64,000 nt of DNA from Lama guanicoe. Lineage: Eukaryota. Positions 1 through 12,029 of the stretch are shown one piece after another. The stretch is from NCBI GenBank assembly GCA_013239625.1, contig MU053881.1, positions 2,790,001 to 2,854,000 on the forward strand, given 5' to 3'. Below the pieces are notes generated by a model that saw only the letters and a list, made by a program, of their open reading frames with translations, was not told where the DNA came from and did not search any database. Each line of letters opens with the position of its first letter. The stretch's first letter is position 1. A program made the translations under genes and the position numbers.

Positions 1-1701
1 CTATTCTGAGACACCCACAGCCCAAGAGCTTCCAACGATCGCGCTCACTTCTGGACTCCGGGAGCCTCCTGCCCCGCCTCCCTGCCCTGCCCCTCTGGCA
101 CGGCCACGGCGTGGAACTGAAGCACTCTGAGTAAATGTCAAATGAAACAAAGGCACATAATCTCTATTCTCAATTAAAAAGCAAACCGAGTTGGGTTTCT
201 CCCCTAAAAAAAGGTCCATTTGTGGCTGTTGACTATTCAGTGGCCCAATAGACAAAAGGCTCCTTCTTCTGCCTGCACCAAAGAGAAGTGTCAGTACAGA
301 GACAGTCCTTGCGCTGGCTGATCACTGGGAACAGGAGAATCACAGAAAGTGTACTGGAGAGGACACTAGAAATCCTGTCCAGCTTTGCCTCAGCCAGGGA
401 GTCAGCAGGTCCAGAAAGGCGGATGGACCACAGGCTACCTAGCAGGTTGGTCTGCTAATTCTCATTACTTTTTATGTGGATGTCCACGATAAAACTGCCT
501 GAGTCACTTGTTACCTATGCAGGAAGGGTCTGTATCCCTTGGATGTACTGGTGGAGTTTAAGTTCACGTGGATCATCGTGACGTATTATGCTGTCAGTTA
601 CAGCCACAGAGGGTGGGGGCAGCTGGAGCCCTGTCTCCACTGACGCACGTGGCTTACCACACCGTCATTCATGGTTCCAGTGGTCTTCCTTGAAGCTCCC
701 GGTTCTCCATGACAGTCATCCGGGGTTTTGATAACAGCACCTAGAAACAGAGCCTAAAACTCTGGCCTGTTCCTTTCATAAATAAATAAATAACTAAAAC
801 GCAGTTCGGAGGCCACCGCTGACAGTCTTCTTCCCAGGGACACACGCGGCTCCTTCCTTCCCCAGACGTTATGTAAACATGGGCACTGGCACAGTCAGTG
901 TAAGAGCAGCAGCCTCTGTCTCCAGATTAGGTGCAGGGGGTGGGGTGGGAAGGGGGGTGGGGCTTTCAGTTTTTCCAACGAGGGCGTGAACACCACTTAC
1001 TCCGCAGTCAAGAGAGGCTGGCAGTCCAGGCCTCAACCTTAGGGAGGCAGGGAGGCTTCGGAAAGCTCCTTGCTGGGACCGCGAGGATCATTCTCATGCT
1101 TCCTATGTTCGTGGCTGGGAAGTGCATCTCCAAGTTAGAAAAAACCATACAAATCACCTCCCTTTAAAAAGGGTGGCCCTGGGGCCAGAGGCAGAGATTG
1201 CACAAGGCCACACGAGCCAGCTGGGGCTGGAGGACAGTGCAGGACTTGGGGCGAGAGCTCAGGGCGTGCTGCCCAGAATCTGTCTGCACGAGAGGGGTGT
1301 GAAGCCACCAGGAGGGAACGGTCTAGACTGGGCGTCCTTGGCACACCTACGCTGGTCCTCAACCACCAGGACCCGCATGGTGGGGAGAAAACAGCACACT
1401 GAGCAGCTCACTGAACAGGCCAGAGGAGGAGGCTGCCTTCCCTGGTGAAAGCGGGATCCACACCCGGCCGAGAATGAGCAAGACACTGTCCTCTCCCACA
1501 CTCTGCCTCCCTGTTTCTGCCTCACCAGGAAGGCTTCTGTGTGGTTCCCGGCCCTGCCCAGGTCCTGCTCTCGAGAGGGCAAGGAGGGGAGAAGGGAAGT
1601 GCCGCCACGTGGCCCCTGCCCCAGGCCCCGCTGGGGATGCAGAAGCAGGAGGAGCAGCACTGGGGTCCCCAGGGCTGACCGGCGACCAGGCAGGCGCTGC
1701 C
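1..1701 (-). other. ARL10: ARL10 3' UTR region (probably continues beyond the window start)
   Basis: Downstream of the ARL10 stop; no minus-strand AATAAA seen in this stretch, so the 3' end is not placed. Confidence 0.55.
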
Positions 1702-1875
1702 CTAGGAGAGAAGCTCCAGGAGCAGTCTCCAGATGTGCACGGTACCAGGGTTCTCGAAGCCAGGTCCTGCAGGGGCGATGCTGGCCGCCAAGAGGAAAAC
1801 TTCCCGTTGGTTATCGACAGCCTGCAGGCCCAGCTCCTGCTGCAGCTCCACCATGCTCATGGCCTCGCTCAGGTC
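1702..1875 (-). CDS. ARL10: ARL10 coding exon 4 (last): [18 protein letters not shown]...RLLLELLS*
   Basis: Acceptor cag at 1878-1876; stop TAG at 1704-1702; completes the G4 motif NKQ|D. The four exons total 183+202+176+174=735 nt = 244 aa + stop, matching the recalled human ARL10 length. Confidence 0.95.
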   Translation of the reverse strand, partial: DLSEAMSMVELQQELGLQAVDNQREVFLLAASIAPAGPGFENPGTVHIWRLLLELLS

Positions 1876-2547
1876 CTGGGGGGAGACAAAGTCAGCACTG
1901 GCAGTGTCTCCCAACAACACCCCCTTGTTACCCAGATAATAAGCTTCTCTGGCTACCCCAGGGGAACACCAGGGCCTAAGTTCCCAGAGGCGGCCCCTGG
2001 CCCCTTGGTCTAAACTCCCTTCCTCATCTGTGACTTTCTTTTGTACCAACCCCTTTGCACTCATCATTCTTATCCACAGCCACTGTGTTAAGAAACGGCA
2101 CTTCCCCTAAGTCTGGCGTCGTGAGAGGCACTTAGTCTTACTGAATTCTCACAGCCCACACTTAACCAACGAGGAAATCTGCTCAAGGACGTGAAGTCAT
2201 TTAGCCAAACAAACAGTGGTAAGTGGCAGAGCCAAGTTTCCAACCCAGGTTGCTTTGATGACCAAGTTCATGACCTTTATAGGAATCCTAACTCAGATTC
2301 CTAAACTTAATGGCAGGGAGATCTTACAGTAGGGTCACTTCCAGACAAGGGCCTTACCTACCCCAGACTCCTGGAAACCCGCTGAGGAAAACAGAGGCCA
2401 CTACACATGTGGCTGGGGATGGTGCATTTTAATTTCAAGCCTGGCCCAAGATGAAAATAATTCTTCTTGGAACAACTCGTAAAATGCTGGGACCTTAGGT
2501 GTTGTCTCCTGTAGGTTCAAAATCACTATAAATTATAATTTATATAT

Positions 2548-2680
2548 AGAATGATGATGTGATTCATTGTCCAAACATGGGTACTTCTGAGACTCAAAGT
2601 GGGTACTATTAATAGTTAAACCGGAACAACAGACATGAGAGGGGATTGTCCCAGGCCGCCCAGGACATATGGTTACCCTA
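2548..2680. mobile_element. hAT-Blackjack non-autonomous element (MER94-like)
   Basis: 'ttgtccaaacatgggtacttctgagactcaaagtgggtactattaat...gggattgtcccagg...ggacatatggttacccta' resembles the recalled MER94 consensus and terminus. Confidence 0.55.
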
Positions 2681-3601
2681 TTTATAAATGACTCATGTAT
2701 TTCCTGATAGGCAGTGGGAAACTGAGGTCAAAGACGTACAGCCACTACCCAAGCCAGGCTGGAAACATTTCCTATAGCTCTCAGGGACATGGGAACAGGC
2801 CACAGGAAATACAACAAGCCTCTACACTGTGGCAGTCTCTGCTGGTATTGAGAATGGCACCTCACGTGTGTGATGCCGAGTTGCTGGGCCCAAGGCAGCC
2901 CGCTGACACCCAGGACAGGCGGAGCGTAGTGGTTAAGAGCAGGAAGTTTTCTGAGGAAGATCTGAACTCACGTCCCGGCTTTGCCGCATACCGGCTATGA
3001 CTTGGGGTTAACAGCAAGGCCTATCATGGGGTTTTTGTAGGACTGAAGTGAGGTCCCGATTAGCAGGTGCACAATAAATGTTAGTTATTATTATTTAATC
3101 TGTTCAACTTCTTATCACTTCCCAGCTATAGCTCTCTGATCTAGGATCAGAAATCGCAAGGACATAGCAGAGAGGAAAAGGTGCTGGTTTTGGAGCTGGA
3201 CATCCCCCCTTCACTATTTTCCAGGTGTACAAAATCCCTCTCAGCTTCAGATTCCCCATCTGTAAGATACAAACAGTATCTGTACCTTGTCGGGTAAACA
3301 GAAGCATAATATGAAATGTTATTTAAAACCACACCTGGGAGATAGTGGATACTCAGTAATTATTTTTCTCATTTCTCTGGGATGACAGGTGACAGGGAGG
3401 CAAAGAGAAAGGCAGAGAGAGGATGAGGATTAGGGATGAGGAAAGAGCACAGGCAGCAGAGGTTGGGGACAGCAACACAGCCCAGCTGCAGGTCATCGGA
3501 CTGGGCCTGACTCCCTCTCCGGTGCTCCCCACCCCTGCCCCTGCCCAGGCACCTGCGGACCAAGCCCAACTGGCGGTGAGCCGGCCTGCCGCGGCCCTCA
3601 C

Positions 3602-3777
3602 CTGCTTGTTGGCCACCACGACGACGGGTAAGTCAGGGTCCTTGTCCAGCAACTTGTGCAGCTCCTGGCGGGCCCAGGGCAGTCGCAGCCGGTCAGCCGA
3701 GTCCACCATGAACACCAGCACGTCCACTTCATTCACAAACTCCTTCCAGTAGAAGCGCAGATTCTGGCTGCCGCCGA
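3602..3777 (-). CDS. ARL10: ARL10 coding exon 3: (I)[32 protein letters not shown]...VVVANKQ
   Basis: cag acceptor 3780-3778; gtgagg donor from 3601; ARF-like G3 region and NKQ of G4; phase matches neighbouring exons. Confidence 0.95.
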
Positions 3778-4399
3778 CTGAGGAGAGGCCAGGGGCCAGC
3801 TCAGAGCCCCCCTGGGTCCGGGCTTTCTACGCAGAGCCCACCCCACCCCACTTGAGCTTCCTGAGGCTCCACCGGCCAGGAGCAAGGGAAGGGCACAGGT
3901 TCCAGGGCCAGACAGACCTCGGCTTTGCTCCAGCTGACAGCTGGGTCTCCCTGAGCAGGCCGCGGTCTCCGAGCGTGTCTCCTCCTCTGAACTAACCTAA
4001 CTCACCTAACAGGTTGCAGCAAAGCCCACAGTACCACATGCCATGCACCCTTCACAGGACTGGTGGAAGATACGAGCTCAATACACAGTACTCTCTGGTT
4101 CTTTTCCTGGGCTGCCTTGCTTCCTCCCAATTCCTAGCTTCCCCCTGGGGCAGCAGTGGCTGTGTTCAGCAGCCAGGATGACCTGCCCTACCTGTGCACA
4201 GCCATTCTCCATTCAGCCTCTCTTGTTCAGTCTGGTCGCCCCATTTTCTTTCCTTAGGAATGTCATACTTAATCCCGCCACCACGTGGCTGCCCAGGCAG
4301 CATCCCCAAGCTGGGTTGTGTTCCTGTTCCTCTCTGTCCCTCTGCAAAGTCCCCATAGGTCACCCTGCATCCTAGAGTTTTTGGTTATACTTCTGACCC

Positions 4400-5230
4400 T
4401 TGTGGACTCTAAGCTCTTTGAGAGTTAGAGCTGTTTACCTCTGAATCCCCCCAAAGCCCTCAGCACAATGCCTGGCACATAGCAGGCACTCAACAAGTAT
4501 ATACTGAGTGCTTACTAGGTGCCAAGCGCTGATCTGGGTGCTGGGGATACAGGGGTGAGCAAGGCAGGCAGGGGCCCTGCTCTCAAGGAGCTCCCTCCGT
4601 CACCAGGATGGACACAGCAATGACATACAAAGACATTTCACAGAAGAAGGAAATAAAATGGAAAAAGTGAAAGTGGCTGGGGTGGGGGGGGTGTGTGCTG
4701 GTGGCTTTGGACTGGGTAGTCTGGGAAGGCGGTCTAAGGAGGTGGCATGTGAGCTGAGTCTGGGATGATGGGCAGGAGCTGGTTATGAGAAGAGGTAGAG
4801 GAAAGCATTACAGGAAGTGGGTAGAGCAAGCTTGATGTGTTCGAGAAACAGACGGTGGCCAGGGTGGCTGAGGCACCGCCAGGGGAGAGGAGGAAGCCAT
4901 GACCAGGAAGGCTGGCCAGGGCTGGACCATACAGGGCCTGTAAGGCCACCGTGAGGCTGATGGGAGCCCCTTAAGTATTTTAAGCAAGAATGACATGATC
5001 TGATCTGAGTTTCTGAAAGATCCCGCTGGCCGACACTGAGGGTAGAAGCGGAAGCAGGAAGACCAGCCAGGAGAGTGTTGAAGTCCTGGGAGATGACCGT
5101 GGCTTGGACCGAGCAGGCAGAGATGGAGGTGGAGAGACGTGGACAGATGCAGAATCTATTGGAGGATAAAGTGGTCAGAACTAGCTCATAAAATGGATGT
5201 AGGAGGTGTGGGGAAGGGAAAAGTCATCAC
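4400..5230. mobile_element. Two oppositely oriented L2 3'-end fragments meeting at about 4500
   Basis: L2 tail motif 'cagcacaatgcctggcacatagcaggcactcaa' on +, followed by antisense L2 ('tactgagtgcttactaggtgccaagcgct...ctggggatacag', later 'atgacatgatctgatctgagtttctgaaagatcccgctggc'). Boundaries approximate. Confidence 0.75.
4455..4540 (-). ncRNA. MIR1271: pre-miR-1271 hairpin in ARL10 intron 2 (5p mature 4526-4505 CUUGGCACCUAGUAAGCACUCA; 3p arm 4490-4469)
   Basis: Minus strand reads CACCCAGATCAGCGCTTGGCACCTAGTAAGCACTCAGTATATACTTGTTGAGTGCCTGCTATGTGCCAGGCATTGTGCTGAGGGCT. It is self-complementary, closely matches recalled human mir-1271, and has the same host gene and orientation. Confidence 0.93.
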
Positions 5231-6651
5231 AGATCCACAAAGGGCTCACTGTCAGCTGGGCTCCAGGCTGAGCACTGTAGGAGACCACAGCAAAGTGAGT
5301 GTCATGGGAGGGGAAAGCCCCAGGACTTGAATGGGAGATCTGGGTTTGAATCTGGGTTGAGTGACTCTATTGAGCCTGGGTTAACTGGTCAAACCCTCGG
5401 GTAACATGAAAATACCAAACCCCTTCTTCCAGGGTTGAGGGAGGGGGATACTGTCTTTGCCAGACAGAGTGGGCCTCAAGTGTGCAACCCCTACTTGATT
5501 TTCCGGTGTCCCTGTAACAAGAGGTGAGAGACACAGAAAATTTGTTGAAAGGACTGAATCCCAGGTGAATATCAACGTTGGCTACAATCAGGGAGAAAAG
5601 ATGTAGCCAGGGCAGGCTAGCAGGCAAGTCCCTGAGACCAGAGGAACTGTACCCATTCAGTTCAACAGCCAGGCCCTCAGAGTCTGACGCTACCACTTAG
5701 CACTTAACTCAACCCACCTCATCTTTGCAGTCTGAGTCCTCTGGCTGGCAGAAGTCTACCTGTCCCTCCCCGCTGAGTCCCTGGCTGGACACAGGTGGTT
5801 AAGTACTGCTGCCCTTTCAATCCCCCCTCTCCCATCCTCTTCCAGGATCCCAAGAAGCCTAAAACTGAGGACAGGGGGCTGCTCAGACCCTCTCTGATCA
5901 CTCACTCAAGAAGCTCTCCCAGGTGCCAACTGGGTGCTAGGCCCTAGGGGCCAGAGCTGGATCAGACTGATCTGTGCCCCAGATGCCTCATCAGGGACAC
6001 AGGCTGTTATGTGGCAAATACTGCAGCAGAAGGGGAGCCCAGAGGAGCAGCTCTTAACCTGGCCTCACAGGGATATCATGTTTGACTTAAATCTTACAAG
6101 GATGAGTAGCAGTTTGTCAAAGGAAGAAGGGTTTTCTAGACTGGCGGGACAGTGCATGTACAGCCCAAAACATGAGAAAGAGAACAGCAAGCACCCTTGA
6201 GAAACAAGCAAAGTGGATGGTGCTTAACATCCAGAGCCCAGAGCCAGACAGTCTGCATTAGCGGACCAGCAAGTTGCGTGAGCTTGGATAGATTATGTAA
6301 CTATCTGGGCTTCACTTTCCTCATGCAGGACATATATAATGACAGTAAGTAACTGTTTCCGGTTTTATGGAGTTGTTGGGAGGATTTTTAAAGTAATGTC
6401 TGTAAAGTGCTTGGCATACAGGAAACTTCAGCTGTTAGTATCTCAGCGTTAGGCATGTGAGCTGCAGTATGGGTGAAGGACGGGAGGCCCCAGCCAGAAT
6501 ACAGAGCTTGGACTGTACCCTGTGCCCCAGGGAGGCACAGGAAGGACTTTACATAGGGATGTGTCCTGCTTAGATAAAAAGCCCCGGCTTGAGTCCAGCT
6601 GTGAGGATGGGGAGACGGGGTGTTGGGGTAGGTGGGGTGGGCTCTGCTCAC

Positions 6652-6853
6652 TCTCCAACAGGTCCACCTCGAAGTCCTTGGTGGGCAACCGCACAGAGTT
6701 GAAGCCCCAGGTAGGGATGTGGCCTTCCAGAGGTGGCTTCCCGGCCAGCACTCGCAGGAACGTGCTCTTCCCGGAGCCATCCAGCCCCAGCACCAGCACC
6801 TCGCGCTGCTCCAACTCCTCCAGCACCGGCTCCTCATCCTCCTCGTCCTCGGG
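6652..6853 (-). CDS. ARL10: ARL10 coding exon 2: [33 protein letters not shown]...PTWGFN...FEVDLLE
   Basis: P-loop GLDGSGKS and switch-I PTWGFN typical of ARF-like GTPases; cag acceptor 6856-6854; gtgagc donor from 6651. Confidence 0.96.
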
Positions 6854-7950
6854 CTGCGGGGCACAGGTCAGGCTGGGGCCGGCACCCTCCCGCCTGCCCC
6901 TCCGCGAGGGAAGACCGAAGGCCCCTAGGGCCCATCCCCACCCTCCGGCCGTCAAGGGGCAGGTCTGGTGCAGAGGGACGAGCGCTGCTTTTGGAGTCCT
7001 GAATCCCAAACCCCGTTCTTCGGGCTTTTCCTGAGTGAGCTAGGGCAAATTCCTCGCCCTTGAGGAGCCTGAGCCGCCTCGGACCACCAGTCTCCACATT
7101 CCCGGGCCGCAGGGACCACCACGTCGAGGTAACGCGCCAAGCGCCGCGATCCAGGGAGGGGCGCGGGACCTCTCCCGGCATCCCCCGGGCGCGCGCATTG
7201 CGCAGGCGCCGGCCAGGCGCGGGCTGGAGCCGGCGCGGGCCCGACGGTGCTGCGGAGCCGTGCGCTCGTGCTCCGGCGACCGCGAGGAAGCCCAAGGCCC
7301 ACGGCGGTGCAGGACAGCGCTGCCCACTCCCCCAAACGCCCACCCATCCCTCCGCTCCGGGGCTCCCGGCCGCCCACCGCCAGCACACCCGGGCCAGGCC
7401 TGCGGTGCCAAGCAGCCATCCCGCAGGGCGGCAGCCACACCCCTCGGCGGCACGCGCGGAGGCGCAGACCCCGGCCCGGCACTCACGTCCCACTCGTCCC
7501 ACTCCGGCAGGCGGGCAGGCTCCGCGCCCCACCAGGCCTCGCCTCGGTCCCAGCGCCGCTCCCGTCCGCGGCCGAAGTAGGTCTTCCAGAGGATGAAGAG
7601 CACCGAGCCGAGCACGGCTGCCGCGCCGCCCAGCGCCAGCACCAGGGGGCTCAGAGGCCGCGGCGCCATCGGGCCGGGCGAGGGGCGCGGATGCCGGCGG
7701 CACAGGCCGAACCGGCCGGCCTGCCGAAGATGGCCCAGCAGCGACTGCGGCGGCCGCGCCCACTCGCCCACCCACCGCAGCCCCGCACTACAAGCCCCAC
7801 AATGCACCGCCGCTGTCGCGATAGGCCGCCTGCACCCTGGCGGCGGGGGGCTCTGGCCAGAGAGCGCTGGGACCTCCCGCCCCCTCTGCAAGACGCGGTG
7901 TGGAGCAAGAGGCTGTGCCTAGGGAGGACAAGAGGCCGTGATACTGGTGT
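6850..7950 (-). promoter_or_regulatory. CpG island / ARL10 promoter, exon 1 and intron 1
   Basis: Very GC- and CpG-dense. ZNF143-type motif ACTACAAGCCCCACAATGC at 7787-7805, TGTCGCGATA at 7814-7823, YY1-like AAGATGGC at 7727-7734. Confidence 0.85.
7487..7669 (-). CDS. ARL10: ARL10 coding exon 1: [32 protein letters not shown]...EWDEWD (N-terminal hydrophobic helix)
   Basis: ATG at 7669-7667; gtgagt donor 7486-7481; 61 codons; lies in a CpG island. Confidence 0.95.
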
Positions 7951-8715
7951 CTACCAAGGGGTTAGCTCACGGCTGTTCCAGGTTACCCCTTAAAACAATG
8001 CCCCTAAGAAGGGAAAACCGAGACCCTAGTTGTACTGTAGTGGTGCAACCTACATTCAAACCCAAGCTATCTCTCCTGGGCATCCCTCAAGATCTCAGAC
8101 AGGAATTGCTATGAGGTGGCAGGTTATGGGGTGGAAGAGGCGGGACTGAAACCCACGGTCTCTGACTTTTAGTACTCGCTACCCTCCTTTGGCTGCTTCT
8201 TGGCCCCCAGGGGTTCTGCTCTCGTGGAGTCTTTTGGCGTCCGGATGAAGCTGGCAGGCCCAGAAGTCAGTGTTCAGACCTGACTACCTTGTCTTCCGTG
8301 ACCCCCAGTGACTGCCAGCTTTTCCAGGTGTTGCACAAGGAGGGGAAGCAGGAGAAAGGCTGAGGTACTTAAGAGGACCCCATGAGGGGCTGCGGTGTGA
8401 AGGGGTGTATTTTTATTGTAAGCCACCTCACGTCATACAGAGTGGGGTTGGGGGGGTGGACTCTGGACTTTCTTCTAGTCACCCACAGGTACGCGCAGAT
8501 TTCTCCTATTTCTTCTGCTTCTGGTTACTACCTCTCCTTTCCATTTCAGCCCCACCTCCAGATAATGTGCATTTCCTATTCCTCCCTCCACCCACGGATA
8601 GAAAGTGTTCTCACCAGGGTCTCTAACAAACACCTTGTTGGTAAATCCTTGGTAGCATCTTAGTTCTTATCTTGCTTGACCTCCTGGCACCATTTAACAG
8701 TGTTAAATCTTAGCA

Positions 8716-9064
8716 GATGCCTTGGTCTTGGGCTGTCATAACGAAGGACACAGCCTGGGTGAAAAACAACAGGAATTTATTTCTCACAGTTCTAGAGGTT
8801 AGGAAGTCCAAGATCAAGGACTCAGCTGATTCATTTTCCTAGTAGGGCTCCCTTCTTGGCCTGCAGGCAGCCACTTTCTTACTGTATCCTCACATGGAGA
8901 GAGAGCTCTGCTCTCTCTTCCTCTTCTTAAATGGACACTAATCCCATGTTGGGGCCCCACCCTCTTGACCTCAACTAAATTTAGTTACTTTCAAATACTA
9001 TCACATTGGGGGTTAGGGCTTCAACATACGTATTTTAGGGGGATACAACCATTCAGTCCATAAC
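8716..9064. mobile_element. MaLR solo LTR (MLT1A/B-like)
   Basis: 'aacaacaggaatttatttctcacagttctagaggttaggaagtccaagatcaagg' and terminal 'ggggatacaaccattcagtccataaca' are characteristic of MLT1. Confidence 0.8.
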
Positions 9065-9510
9065 AGCAGGTTAATAAAGAATGCTTAAATAGGTTTGCTG
9101 ATACTTTCCCCTGAAACAGATGGATTGCCCCCCAGATCAGTGACACAACACATCAAGCAAGGGCAGGAGTGAGTGGTCTTAAGAATATTAACAGCCAGTT
9201 TGGCATAGGCACCAAACAGGGGTAGGTACTGAAGTGAGAACAGGACTGTCTAGTAACCTGCTGACCTTACAGGGTTAGGCTCCTCTCCAGCAATCGAAGA
9301 GCGTCCTCTCTGCAGATGGTTAGGGCAGGGGAAGAGCACAGAAGCAGCTGTGTTGAGCATGCCTACCGCCTTCTCCCAAACTCCCAATTCAAAGAAATTA
9401 CTCCTCTGGGGAGAAGTGAGTGAGGCTCAGCGAGAGAGCCTAAGAGTGTGACTCCAGTCCTGTGTTTCAAGACCATTAGTGAATTATGAAATCAGTTTAT
9501 TAGATAGCAA

Positions 9511-9642
9511 ATATATATGTAATGAAATAGAATATATATATATACATATATATATATATAATGAAATAGAATCAAAAAGAACAGAGTGGAAAATAACATC
9601 CTTTTAAGAAATTTTAAGTGTGTGTGTGTGTGTGTGTGTGTG
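9511..9642. repeat. (TA)n and (TG)n microsatellites
   Basis: TA runs at 9511-9560 flanked by a duplicated 'aatgaaatagaat'; (TG)12 at about 9619-9642. Confidence 0.9.
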
Positions 9643-11857
9643 TACGGGGGTACCATGTAAAAAAATTTCTATACCTTTTTCATGCTTTTTAAATTTTCTC
9701 AACCCGATCTTCATACTTGCTTACTTGGACTTTGGCTATATCCACTCTGTTATTAACCCCATCCTCTGAGGTCTTTATTTCATGTATGACATTTTTCCTA
9801 TCTGGCTGTATAGTTCTTCTGTATGACTTTTTGTCCCTCCTTCATATTTCCCAAATCCTCTTTTCCTTTTTAGAGTGATACTTAAAATGTGTATTTTCAT
9901 TTCCTGTCCTGTCTCGTCCATTAACTCTGCTGTGTCTGGATAAGGTCACCCTGTATGTTGTCTTTCCTTTGGGTGTGTGTCCTTCCACTGTCTCTTACCT
10001 ACCCCGGGAGCTCCTGTTTCTTTGAGGCGAGGACTGAGTGCCTAGGGGAGGGGGCAAAGCCCAACTGTAGATTGAACTTTTCCTGCTGGGTTGGGAAGGA
10101 GACTCTCTGGTACTGTCCTGAGCAGACTACTGCATCTCTGGAGAACTTCCCTGTACCTCTCTCTGCCCAGGTGAGACTCTTACTAGAAGCTGCCACCCAC
10201 GGTTTCCATAACCTAGTGCCCAGGGTCTTGGGAAAGGGAAGAGAGGTGGTGGAAGAGAGGCTGCTAAGGTACAGGCCAGTTCACTGCCCTGTAGTTGTTT
10301 TTGACCAACCCCCCCTCCGCCCCACCACTCAGGCTCTAACCACCCCCACCTAGCCAATGCCTTCTCAATCTGCAGTCATGGTGTAGCCACAGCTATAGGG
10401 CTGGCCAGATTCTGTCCTGGGCAAGGTGGGGAAGAAGAAAGGGTACATCTATCTGAAAACTCTGATGGGGCTCTGTCTTCTGCTCTGGGCTGCCGTTGTC
10501 CACAGCCTAGCCCAGTCCTCTTCTGGTAGCTGCCGGGCTAGTTTATCAGATCTGCCAACTTCCCTGTGACTCTCAGGTGTCCGGCTGCCTGGGGCTGGCT
10601 TGGGCTATCTGCTGACTTGTCAGCTTATCTCTGCCTCAGAAAAGAGAAAACTGAAGCCTGGGGAGAGGAAGTGACTTCCCCAAAATAAGATAGTAAATGA
10701 ATGATGCAGCTGAGGTTTGAACCAGTTCTGTGTGATTGCAAAACCAGGCTTTAAATATCCAGGATACTCCTTTACAGTTGTTGGAAACTAGGTCCACTCA
10801 TTGTATCAGACCTTTCTTCTGAAAAAGAAGTGAACCTCAAGAGTTTGGCTCTGAAGTCTTTCACATGTGTCTTCAGTTGGATTTTAGGGTGTTTCAGTTT
10901 CACAGACATAGCCACAGCTTCAGACATCAGTACGATGGAAGTCAGGGATAAAGTTGTCTTAGCCAAGAGTCAGTAACTTCCAGGAAAGGCTTCAGTTTTC
11001 ATTAACTTTTACCAATGAAATTAGTATCTATTCATTCATTTCCACTGATAAAATTATCAATCATTAATATCTATTAATGAAATTAAAATTATTTAATTTG
11101 GGGATAAGAATGAAACAAAGTGATCCTGTCTTATGATTTATATAAGGGTGCAAAGTGCTGTTTCCTCCCCGTGGACTGAGATGTGATGTGCGTGTCGCCC
11201 TTGTGATGATGGAGGGCAAGGTGTCAGCTTTGCTTCCACAGGGGTAAAAATTATGGCATATTTTAAAAATTCCCAATTTACAAAGTAACACTTGACAGAA
11301 AAAAAAATCGCACTGCAATGTAATTGTGCTATTTATAAGCTTATCATAGGCTTTATAAAAGACTAATTAACGGTGCCCTCAAGCAAGGTGGTCTGGTGAT
11401 AGCACTCAAGTTTAAAGGGGCATGAAGTAAGCCTCTGTCAGTCCTGCCAGTAGGTCTGGCCAACAGTCAAATGCTGAAATCTGAAAGTCACAGCCCCCAG
11501 CCCTTATAGCCCTCCTAAGATGAACCTTGATGGCAAGCTTTGAACTTGGGGTAGAAATGTGGGTAGATTTTTTTCAACTTCGTTTGCTTCTTCATCTTTG
11601 TTGCTTTGTCATCTTTGTAAACTCTTTAAGGAAAAAAGAAGGCTTCCTTCAGGATGTGACATTTGAGCTGGCACCTCTCCAAGTGTCACTTCCCTTAGTG
11701 TAGAAGGTAAATGATATTAGGATCACCTTAGCTAGGGGAGGCAGGTGCGGCTTGCTCCCCTTTTTGGTTCTGCTACTAGTATGAAGCCTGCCGAACTCAG
11801 CTGTTCCTGGAAGAGGGTTCCTGCTCACGTTACCGCTTATTTTTCAAAAAAGATTTT

Positions 11858-11921
11858 TCTTTTTTCCTTTTTTTATACCCACGACCTCGTGCATGTGCTC
11901 TACACTGAGCTATACCCACCC
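11858..11921 (-). mobile_element. Degenerate, internally deleted Vic-1-like tRNA-derived SINE
   Basis: Minus strand reads gggtgggtatagctcagtgtagagcacatgcacgaggtcgtgggt followed by an A-rich tail. Confidence 0.65.
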
Positions 11922-12029
11922 ACTTTCACTGTTTATTAACAGCGTGCCTTCTCATCTCTTCAAACCTCAACTTCCCCTCTGTGAACAGGTTTGAGGGTGT
12001 CACTTTGCTATGCCATCTCCATCTGCCCT

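Noticed and set aside
778..793. (AAAT)n / AATAAA cluster as a poly-A signal
   Set aside because: Wrong strand for ARL10, and no plus-strand gene ending here is visible in the window.
1474..2013. 179-aa and 146-aa plus-strand ORFs
   Set aside because: Antisense shadows of GC-rich ARL10 exon 4 and its 3' UTR; no recognisable domains.
6834..7993. Several long overlapping ORFs (313, 283, 248, 178 aa)
   Set aside because: CpG-island composition suppresses stop codons; only ARL10 exons 1-2 are supported by splice sites and homology.
10750..11340. Possible pseudogene or ancient transposon remnant between the two promoters
   Set aside because: No frame translated to anything I recognise; it needs a Dfam/tblastx search, so no call is made.
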